Assembly (NCBI RefSeq): GCF_001194135.2
Contig: NC_068983.1
Coordinates: forward strand, 60,277,872 to 60,341,871
From: Octopus bimaculoides
Taxonomy: Eukaryota
Direction: 5' to 3'
Length of the DNA stretch: 64,000 nucleotides
Shown piece after piece: positions 12,467-24,400 of the stretch. The stretch's first letter is position 1, and each line of letters begins with the position of its first letter. The notes below the pieces were generated by a model. That model was not told the origin of the DNA. It ran no database searches and worked only from the letters and a program-made list of their open reading frames with translations. A program made the position numbers and the translations under genes.

Positions 12467-15400
12467 GCGCGCGCATATACAAACACAACAGGCTTCTATC
12501 AGCCATGTAGTTTCAAGTTCAGTCACACTGTACAGCACCTTGGGCAAGTACCTTGTCGACCAAAGCCTTGTCAATGGATTGAGTAGAGAGAAACTGAAAG
12601 CCAAGTGTGTGTGTGTGTGTTTATCCTTGTCTAGACATTATGTGATAGTTGTACATGCACATCACTATCATACAGGCAGTGTTGTTTACTTCCAGTCTTC
12701 TGTGAAAGTCATGTCTGGTCATAAGGAAAATATTACGCTACTTGGAGACAGGTGAGGGTTGGCAACAGAAAAAGCATCCAGCTGTAGAAAATCTCCCTTA
12801 TCAAATTCTGTCTGACCCTTGCATGCATGGAAAAGTGGATTTTTATTGATGTTGATTTATAAGTCTACTTTGTTTATATTGCTTATTTTATACAGTAGAT
12901 ACTCAAAATAATTAACGTCTGTTTAGAACATTTTCAATTTAGAAATTTTGACACTTTTTTTTTTCCATGCTACATGTTAATTCATTTCAAACTCCTACTG
13001 ATTTCTTCTTTCAGGTCCCAACACGACGACATGCTGTAATAACGAAACTATTCATAATTTTGCCAAAAGTTTGAGTCAGGCTCAAGAGTTGTTGACTCGC
13101 TGCCCGTCATGTTTTTACAACTTCCGCAACCTTTATTGTGCTTTCACTTGTGACAGTCAACAGAGCAAATATGTCTATGTTTCTGAGACAAAGAATATTT
13201 CTGGCAAACTTGCTGTAGGAGGCATTGACTACGCTGTTGATCCCGTGTTTGCCAATGGCCTCTTTGACTCCTGCAAAAATGTTCTAATGCCTAGTGCCAA
13301 TATGAAAGCCATTACATTGATGTGTGGTAGTTATGGCAAGCATTGTACTGCTAAAAAGTGGTTGCAATATATGGGTGATGTTGGAAACATGCACACTCCC
13401 ATTGCTATTCACTTCAATGTCACAAGCTCTCCCTGGAATGTTGCTCCTCAGAAATCATTAGTTCCCATGAATTACTCAATAATTCCTTGTAATTTATCTG
13501 TAACCAATGACACAAAACCTTGCAGTTGTCAAGACTGCAGCGGTTCATGCCCTAAATTTCCACCAGCACCTAAACCTCCAGAGCCATGGGAGATTCTCTA
13601 CATTAATGCTTATGATTTTATATGGGGCTCCATATTTCTGGGGTTTTTTCTTGCATTTATGTCCTATGTTATTTGGGAAAACATTGTGTGGCAAAACAGT
13701 TTGGGCTTAGCTGATGGAAGAGAGCCTAGTCAATTGTCTGATTATCCAGTTTTAGGGGAAACTGTTTTTGCATCTCGCAATAAAATATCTTCTATAGGTG
13801 ATAGCTTCATGAACTTCTTAGATGAAAAGTTTTATAAGTGGGGCTATTTATGTGCTAAATACCCACTGAGAGTTCTTATAGTTAGTGCAGTTATTTCTAT
13901 TGCCCTTTCTTGTGGGGTTATAAAATTCCAAGTTATTACTAACCCTGTATTACTGTGGTCAGGCGCTAATAGTGAAGCTCGTCTTCAGAAGAACTACTTT
14001 GATGCAAACTTCAGGTAAGTTACCTTCCTTCCATATGTAATCATATCAGCATGTTGGCTTCTAAACCTCATTTTACATCTTATCCCAGGGTCCCAATATG
14101 ATATCTTCATTAATTTTGACATGAGTGGTGTAATATTTTTACACTATGCCATATGTGAAGCGAGGATCACATAGGTAGTGTTAGATACCCACGTCCCACT
14201 AGATGGTCATGTGGCACCTGAGGTCATATCACATTCTAGAAAATGTGAACTACACAAGTGCAGAGCCATCTCTTTGACTTCTTCGGTCCCAACAGATGAC
14301 CAGTGCCTAGCCTTTCAAGCACAATTTGGACTGATTGGTCACAGCCAGGACACATCGTGCCACTCTCTTCTTCTCCCATGTAATATCCTTGGTCATTGTC
14401 AACAACAATGGACAAACTAAAAGAAACAAATAATGTTGTGGCTACAAATGTCTTCACATCGTGTGTTGATTGTAGATAAGCATCACTGTCATACAAGCAG
14501 TGTTGTTTGTTACCAGTTTAGTTTGAAAAACGTGTAGCCATGGGAAAATATTATCTTGTTTGCAAACAGATGAAGGATGGTAATAGGAAAGGTGTCCGGT
14601 CATAGAAAATCTGGCTCAATGAATTCTGTCTGACTCATGCAAGCATGGAAAATGAAAACTAAATGATGGTGACGATGATCAACAGCAATATAAACATGGG
14701 GAAAATTTGATCTGGGAGTGAATAGTAGTTTGAATTATATCTCAACACAACCTCCTGTCCCCACACATTTGATATGATGCTGTATTCTGATATCTGAGTT
14801 GTATGATTTTTAGCAGACCATTTTCAAATAGAGCCAAGCTGCCACCTTTACACTTCTGTCCTATCACTTATACTGCACTTCAGTGCTGTGTGCGTTCATG
14901 ATCAAAGAACTTACATTTCATTGGTTCGTTAAGTACACTAACTCTGTATACATTAGGTTAGTCCACATAACTCTGTAAGGAGCATAGGGTTGGTTTCCTC
15001 AGTCTCTCTGGCATATCTATTCCTTCCTAGATGGGACACTGGTCTGTTGCAACGATTACTCTCTTTTACCAGCTGAGTGGACTGAGGCAATGTGAAATGA
15101 AGTGTTTTGCTTAAGAACACGATACCTTGCTTGATTCAGGAACCAAAACCACAATCTTACAATCAAGAGTCTAACATCCTAGCCTCTAAGATATGCACCT
15201 CTACAATATGTATGTATTAGTGCTGATAAATGACACCAATCAAAATAGATCAGTTGGGAGAGTGTTAGACTGAAGATCTAAAGGTCTCTGGTTCAATCTT
15301 GGGTTTTGGCATCTGGTGGCTGGTCTGCTTTCTTTATTTTACGTTCAAGTTTTCATGCTGACATCACATAAAAGCTCCCATGCTGGTCCCACATAAAAAT

Positions 15401-18400
15401 CCCTCAGTGCACTTTTGTAAAATGGTTAGCATTAGAAAGAGCATCAAGTTGTAGAAACCATACCAAAACCGATGACCGAAGTCTGCTGCAGCTCTCCAGA
15501 TTGTCAGCTGCTGGCAAACCATCCAGTCCATCCCAGGATGGAAAACAGTCATTAAATGATGATGATGATGATGATGAAGAAATGACTTTATTGTTACTTT
15601 GCAATTTTTTTTAGTTAGATGCCTCCTATAGGCTTCTTCTAGAATATTACATTTGGAAGTGACTCTAGATGCTCAATTGTCTGCCAGTCTGTCTTTGATG
15701 GTCAGGCTATGGCTGTGTGGTTAAGAAGCTCACTTTGTAACCTCATGGTTTTGGACTCTGTGCAGCACCTTGGATAAGTGTCTTCTGCCGTAGCCCTAGG
15801 CCAACCAATGCCTTGAGTGAGACCATGCTGAAGCCCATCATGTATGTATGTACGTGTCGTTATGTGTGTTTGTCACTCCATGCACATAGTATCTGGCAAC
15901 TGGTGTTGGTTTGATTACATCCTAGTAACTTAGAAGTTTGGCAAAAGAAAGTGATAGAATAAGTGTCATACTTAATGGTGCCCCAGCATGGCCAGAGTCC
16001 ATTGACTGAAACAAGTAAAAGAAGATATGGCATACTCTCATAAACGAAATGATGCAATACAAAAAGTGATGATTGGTGCCTGACCAGCCTCTATCAATTT
16101 GTGCCAATCGCTGTTGGAACTTCAGGTATTCTCAGAACTCACACTGGCAATTTCATCTGCAAAATCAGGATAACTGTGGCCTGTCTGAGAAATGATCCCC
16201 ACCTTGTGAGGTGGCTGTTACAGCAAGTGTCACTGGCCATTCTCCATGACAGTACTGTTGCAGTCATGTCTGCAAGGTGCAGCAGAACATGGCACTTGTT
16301 CTAGGGTATGTTCCCCCCACCCATCTTCTGCTGTTTGATCCCCACCCTCTTTTGTATTTTTCCTTTGTTTCCTTGTACTTAAATTGTGATTCAATCTTTA
16401 TGTCAATAAAAGACAAAACACCATAGAACCGAGTAATTTATAACAGCTTGGAAACTTTGAAAAGCATAAAACTGATCTCAGAGTTATGAAAGAGTTTTAT
16501 ATTTGGTTGTCCGGAAAGTTCGTGCTGATTTATAGAAGCTTACCTTTTGACTCATTTGCCATGAAACCACCTCAATTCTGGGACGAGGATATTTTCAAGT
16601 TAAAGGAAAGATGGAGACGCATTGTGCAACACAATGATTCATATTTGGTTGATTAAAAATGTAATGGCAAGTATTTATTGACCTTTTTCTTTCCTTTAAA
16701 AATCGGCACAAACTTTCCGGAAAACCCAATAGTTATCCATTTATGATTTAGAATTGTATGACAGCACCACCTTACTGAATATCATTCTTATGTTTTTTTT
16801 CTTTTCTTTTGAAGTCCTTTTTATCGCAGTGAAATGATAATTATAACAAGAAATGGGAACCACTCTCGTATCCAGCATCTTATGCCACCACCATCACCAA
16901 CATTTGTCTATTACAATCCCATTTTTGACAAAGACTTCATGCATGAGGTTAGATTTCGTTTTTCTATTTGTTATTAAATTATTAAAATAATTGGCAGGAA
17001 ACCTGCTTATTTTCATGACAAATTCTTTTCATACTAGAGATAGCAGAGACATGGCTGTGTGTTTAAGAAGTTTGCTTCTTAGATGGTATCCAGGTTCAGT
17101 CTCACTGTGTGATACCTTGGCAAGTGTTTTATGCTGTACACTCATACTGATCATAGCCTTGTGAGTGGATATGACAGACAGAAACTCACAAAAACCCATC
17201 ATATATTTCTCTGTGTTTGTGTGTGTGTGTTTATGTCTCCTTTTCTTGACATAGAGTAAAGTATGAGAGAAAAGGGTCAGAGCAGAGGAGTGACATGACT
17301 GCATTTTAGAAGAGAGGGTAAAAGTTCTGGCACTTGAAAGTGATAAAAAACTGAGGATAAAGTATCAGAGTACATCTAAGGTATGAGCTGGGTAGGTATC
17401 AGAGTTATACAAGGTGGGACAGAGGTGCCAGGAGTGAGTCGGATGAGTAGGAAATGTCTGATAATGCAGAGCAGCAGAATAGAAACTATGGTACAGTGAA
17501 AAGCATTGGTGCTGGTGCCAAGCACAAAGTACCTGTGCTGGTGCCAGGTGAAAATTATTGATGCTGGTGTCACATGTAAAAGTACCGGTGCTAGTGTCAG
17601 TGTCAGGTAATAGCACCTGTGCTGGTGCCACATATGAAAGCGCTCTGCAAAGTGGTTGGCATTAGGAAGGGCATCTAACTGTAGAAACCATGCCAAAGCA
17701 GACAACTGGAGCTTGGTGTGGCTCCTGGCCTTGCCAGCACCTGTCCAACTGTCCAATCCATGCCAGCATGGAAAACAGATATTGAATGATGATGAGGAGG
17801 AGGAGGATGATGACCAGTGGGGTGAAAGAAAGATGGTCTGTTGTTGCTTAGGTTGCAGGAGTGGGTGGAGAAAAATGAGGCAAGTGCAGTGTATGACAAT
17901 GGTGAGACGTATGCTGGCCAGGAGGACAATATTTAAACATTTCATCTCACGAAGGTATTTCTTGTTTTTCAGGTTCTTGACTTGCAAAATGCTATTTCTG
18001 AGCTGACTACAGAATTCAACAATGAAACAATTGGACTAAAAGACATCTGTTTCTCCCCTTTGGCACCTGCCAATAACAACTGTACAATCCAGAGTATATT
18101 CCAGTACTTTCAGAACGACCATGCCAACCTTGATAAAGTCAACAAAACCGTCCTACAAACATTTGCTGATTATCTTGACCACATAGAAACCTGTGCTATG
18201 TATGTTCACATTAAGAATTTATCTTACCAGATTTTTTTTGCTAAGCTACTTCACTGAATTTCTTTTTATTATTATCATTAAGATGGTGAGCTGGCAGACT
18301 CGTTAGCATACTGGGCAAAATGCTTAACAGCATTTCTTCTGTCTTTACATTCTGAGTTCAAATTCTGTCAAGGTCAACTTTGCCTTTCATCCTTTCAGTC

Positions 18401-21400
18401 GGAGTTAATAAAATAAGTACCAGTTGAGCACTGGGGTCAATGTAATTGACTTGACCTCACCTTTGAGCCTATAATAGAAAGGATTATCATTATTGAATGA
18501 GAGAGCTTGGCGTTAGGAAGGGCATCCAGCTGTAGAAACTCTGCCAAATCAGATTGGAGCCTAGTGTTGCCATCCGGTTTCACCAGTCCTCAGTCAAATC
18601 GTCCAACCCATGCTAGCATGGAAAGCGGATGTTAAACGATGATGATGATGATGAGAGCAGTGCATATCAACAAAGTGACACTGGAGTACGAATATATGAA
18701 ACCCTATATACCCATCATGACTACCCATCTGATAAGAGTATACCAGGCAACCATATGTACACAACATGGTGACCTTGTATCAAGGTAAACAAGACATGAC
18801 ATTGCAGGTGGGGCCCTGAGGTCAAGTTGCCAATTCTGCTCAAAAGGTCCCTGAATAAGGTTCGTTTAAGGATGCTAAACGAAACAATCAGGTTTCCAGT
18901 GGTGAATTATTCATACCCCAAAGAATTCCTCTCAACACATGGCTATGATGCTCCCCAACTACTTCTGCTCATGATCAGAGATGCGCATATCATCAGCCAC
19001 CAAGAGACATGCTCAACTGGTTACGGTCAAACAACTGACAAGCAAATCTGTGGTACTGAGCAGAATATTTGCTGGAGCTCATTATCATTATTATTATTAT
19101 TATTATAGCAGCAAGCTGGAAAAAACATTAGCAAACTGGACAAAGTGCGAGTGGCTTTTTGCCTGTCTTTACATTCTGAATCCAAATTCCACTGAGGTCA
19201 ACTTTGTCCTTCGTCTTTTCGAGGTTGAGAAGACAAGTACCGGTTGCATTCTGGGTTCCATGTGATTGCCAAACTTTGAAACCGTTGCTATTACTTCATT
19301 CTTGTTTCAGTTCATATTGGCATTGTTTTGAGGCACTAACAGATTTAGTTTGTCAGATTTGTTCAAACAGTTCTTCTGTATCCTCAGTTCTTTTAACCGT
19401 GAGACAATATAAGAATTCGTTATAGGCATAGGTATGGCTGTGTGGTAAGAAATTTGCTTCCCTATTGCATAGTTCTAGGTTCAGTCCCATTGCATGAGAC
19501 CTTGGACAAGCTTCTTCTTCTAAAGCCCCAGGCCAATCAAAGCTTGTGAGTGGATTTGGTAGATGGAAACTGAAAGAATCTCATCGTGTGTGTGAGTTTG
19601 AAAGAGAGAGAGAGTGCATTTGTTATCCCACCTTAGTTCATCCCATGCCTGACAACTGCTGTTGGTTTGTTTACATTACAATAACCTAGCAGTTCAGCAA
19701 AAGACACTGATAGAATATGTTCCAGGCTTAAAAATAAGCACAGGTTGATTTGTTTGACTAAACCCATTAAGACAGTGCTCCAGCTTGGCCACAGTCCAAT
19801 GTCTGAAACAAGCAAAACACACGCACAAACACACCATAACTTTGTCTTTCCTTTTCCCTCTTCAAGCTGCTCATTATCTCTGTATTTTCTCAACTTTTAC
19901 AGGAATCCTACTTTGATGAATGACACCAGTATTAGTTTACCTTGTACAGGTAACTTTGGAGGACCAGTTGAAATCAGTATGGCACTTGGAGGACTAACAA
20001 GTATGTATACTTTGCTCTTTTATACTTCATTATACCACACAGGTATGAGCTGGTGGTGAACTAAGGGTAGCTGCCTCCTGGCAGTGTCGGTTTATTTGCA
20101 GTGATTATGATTAATTATTCTCTAAAACACATTTCTTTGCTTAACCTCAATCCACTGAAGTTAACATAGGCACGGGTGTGGCTGTGTGGTAAGAAGATTG
20201 CCCCCGCCCAACTACTTGGGTCTTGGCTCAGTACCACTACATGGCACCTTGGGCAAGTGTTTTCTATTGCAGCCTCAGGCCAACCAAAGCCTTCCCATTG
20301 TGTGTGTTTGTGTGTTTGTCCCCATCACTGCTTGACAGCTTGTGTTGGTGTGTTTACATCCCTGTAACTCAGTGGTTTGGCAAAAGAGACCGGTGAAGTA
20401 AGTCCTGGGATCAATTCATTTAACTAAAAATTCAAGGAAGTGCCCCAGCATGGCCGCAGTCTAATGACTGAAACAAGTAAAATATAAATCAACATGAAAT
20501 TTTAGTGAGAGGTTTTAATTGAGATCACTTTAAAACAGGAAGCTACTATCATAGAATGAGGGACACGTCCACACATAAGGAGATGCACATCCATACATAC
20601 AAACACGGTACATAGTTGCAAAATACACACACACACACACATACATAAAAACACAAACATAGACATGCAAACACATGAATATGCAGAATTCATATGCACA
20701 TATACATGCATACATGTATAGGCACACACACACACACATGCACACAAACAAACAAAAAGGAATGCAGTGTGAATAACGGTCAGTCAACAACTATTGAAAA
20801 GGTGACAAGATGCAACGAAAATTTTAGGAAAATAAAAAAGAAATAAGTGGAAATTTTACCAGTGAGTGTGTTAAATTATAAGACACTAAAAAAGAATGAC
20901 TGTCCCCAGACACAACAGAATATGCTTCAACACACGAACTCTCATAAAAAATCTTGCAAACGAAATATCAGAAGAGTTCATCCTAATTATTTAATTATTT
21001 TGCAATATTTAAATTTATTTACATTCTCTGAAGAGGATGGGTGCAATATCTAACCTTTTTTGTGCCTAATTGGGTTAGTTACCATATATTTCTTGAAATA
21101 TACTGCTTTCGTTTCAGTTAATTTTGAAAATAACGAAGAATTTGCCTTCATTAAACTGGTGTTTGGATCATAAATTAGCATTAAATTTTGATGAAAGGTT
21201 TTAATTTAAACCCTTTTAAAACAGGAAATTTGTATCATAGAACTAGGGTCTTCAGTGGGTTAGTATCAAAGAGTAAGATTTATTTCTCCTCATCCCCACC
21301 ACTGCTTATTATAAAGTTCCCGCCTAAAAGTTAACTTTTTTTTTACTTGTTTCAGTCATTTGACTGCAGCCATGCTGGAGCACCATCTTAAAGGTTATTT

Positions 21401-24400
21401 AGTCAAAGAAATCGACCCCAGGACTTATTCTTTGTAAGCCTAGTACTTATTCTATTGGTTCCTTTTGTCAAACTGCTAAGTTACGAGGACGTAAACACAC
21501 CAGCATCAGTTGTCAAGCGGCGGGGGGGGGGGATAAACACACACACACACACACATATATACGACAGGCTTCTTTCAGTTTCTGTCTCCCATATCCACTC
21601 ACAAGGCTTTGGTCGACCTGAGGCTATAGTAGAAGACACTTGCCCGAGGTGCCACGCAGTGGGACTGAACCCAGAACCATGTAGTTGGGAAGCAAGCTTC
21701 TTACCACACAGCTATTATTCTTGGCCTAATCTTTCATTAATTGTTGAGTCTTCCATTATATGATTTACTATATGTTTCAGTAGTAGACAGGCTCAGATTC
21801 GTACAGAAACAGAAGTTATGGCTCGTTGTTTATTTCTAGAGGATTAACTATTGAAATTAAAACTAAACACAGTTATAGATTCACCTCCTTATCAGATGTT
21901 TCCTACCTAACCTCTAACACCATTATACAATTTGACATTCATCCTAAGTACCAGTTGCGTACTGTGTCGATCTAATCGACTGGCTCTCTCTCCATAAATT
22001 TCGGGCCTTGTGCCTAGAGTAGAAACGAATATTTTAACTTTCAATACATGCCGTTTCAGTTGTTATTGTTGATAAATAGTCATATACCAGGAGTCGGGGG
22101 AGGCGTCGGCTCTGGTGGAATGTTGTTATTGTAAGGGAGATAATCACTTCTCGATCATCATGACGGCGTTAGAAGTTTGAATTTTAAATTGAAGAGCATT
22201 GAAGAAGATGCACCTGTTTATCCGGGAGTTTTCAGTGAATAGACACAGGTGTGGCTGTGTGGTAAGAATGCTTCCCAGCTATGTGGTTCTGAGTTCAGTC
22301 CCACTGCATAGCACCTTGGGCAAGAACCTTGACTATAGCCTCAAGCCAACCCAAAACCTAGAGTGGATGTGGGACACTGAAACTGAAAGAAGCTCAAATT
22401 GTGTGTATGTGTGCGCGCGTGTGTATTTGTGTGTTTTTGTCCCATGCCACTGCTTGAGTACCAGTGTTGGTATGTTTATGTCCCCATGACTTAGTGGTTC
22501 AGCAAAAGACACCAATAGAACAAGTACCAAGCTTAAAGAAAAAAAAAAGTACTGGGGTGAATTCGTTCATCTGAAATTCATGTTGCAGCATGGATACAGC
22601 CAAAGAACTGAAACAATCTCAAAAAATAAGACGTGTGTGTGTGTGTTTGCAGGACCAGCTCAAGGTACCGGTAACACGGGCAGTTGCCCAGCGTAACGTG
22701 CTAGGAGGCTCCAAGGAGGGTGTGATAAAAACAAGGAAATTTCCATGACTGTCAGCTTGTACATGCTGATATTTGAAAGCTTGGTAATTACTCTATCAGC
22801 AGGGCCAGCTCAAGGTACTGGCAACTTGGGCAGTTGCCCAAGGTACCATGTTCTAGGGAATACCAAGGAGAGCGTGACAAAGACAAGGAAATTTCCACAA
22901 CCGTCAGCTTGTACATGCTAAGGTTCAGCTTGCCTGGGGCGCCAGAAACCCTAGGGCCAGTCCTGTATGTGTGCATGTTTGTTGTAAGCAAGTGTCGTCA
23001 TAGCACAAGTGGCGTCCTTCATTGCCAATCTTGCATGACATTTCTGACCATGGAAAAATAATATCTTGCTTGGAAACAGGTGGGGTTTGGCAACAGGAAG
23101 GGCATCTGGCTGTTAAAAATCTGCCTCAATAGTTTCCATTCAACCCAAGCGAGCATGGAAAGATGAATGTTAAAGCAACAATAGTAAATTGTATCAGCTA
23201 AATTTCATTTCCTACAAGAGTGTTTGTTGGCTGGTCTGAGGTGGTGACTGGTTGAGTTGATGAATGGAAAAGTGTTTCTTGGGCTGCATCAACTAGCAAC
23301 ACTTGCAAACATTTAACAGAAGATCTTATTCTTACTCATAGAGTTAACCTGTGTTGGTCTTTGATAAATAACAACAGCAATAATTACATACTGAAAGAGA
23401 GATACTCCTTTGAGTTTACAATAAGTTTACTGATACAGCGATCTGTAGATGGCCCGCCATAACAGGAAACTATTGTGCTATGTTTGTGGCAACAGAGATT
23501 CCTGTCATCTATCTGCCATCTGTCTTAACCATTTTCCTGAGTTGTCTGGCTGTGGCAAGAATGGAGACACATTACACAGCTGCCTCAACATTCTGCCTGG
23601 TGAGAGGTGTGAATGAATCTGAACACTCTGCACAGAGTTAAGACACCAAAAGTGGTTTTGTATGGGATGCAAGCAGAAAATTCTAGAAGATTGAATCATG
23701 TAATGGCTTGGTGCTGATTGGTTGCTTCATCGACCAATCATGTGAAGTTATCATGGTTCAGTCACTATGTCTGACCAGTTACCAATTATGCTAAAACTCT
23801 TAGAAAAGATTTCAACTTCCTTTTTCTTCTTTCCTCTGGTTATTGCACTTATAGTTTGTCTGCTTTCATGTCTTTCTGTTAAAGATTTGTTCTCTTCATA
23901 ATCATTTAACACTTTACTTTTCTGTTTTTTTATCTGCAGATAATAATGTAAAGAATGCCACTGCTTTTATCATCACTTTTATTGTCAACAACTATCTTAA
24001 TGATAGTAAAATTGCCAAAGCAGCTGCATGGGAGAAAAAATTTATTCAATTTCTGAAAAATTATTCCAATCCAAATATGACAATCTCTTTCTCTGCAGAG
24101 GTAATTAATATCTTCAAAGTTTTAACCATGTTAATTAAAATTATTGTGATAGATTTAAAAATGACCCAGATTTGACTTGAATATATGGGCTTACCAAATC
24201 CCAAGATTGTCTAAAACAAATGTATGTAGCTACATTATAGAAATACTGCTATGTGGTTAAGAAATTTGCTTCTCAGGTTCAATCCTGTTACATGGTACTT
24301 TGGGCAAGTGTCTTCCACAATAGCCGTAGGTCAATGAAAACCTTATGTGTGTATGTTTGTGTACGTGTGGGTGTGTTTCTTCGTGTCTTCTTACCTTGAC

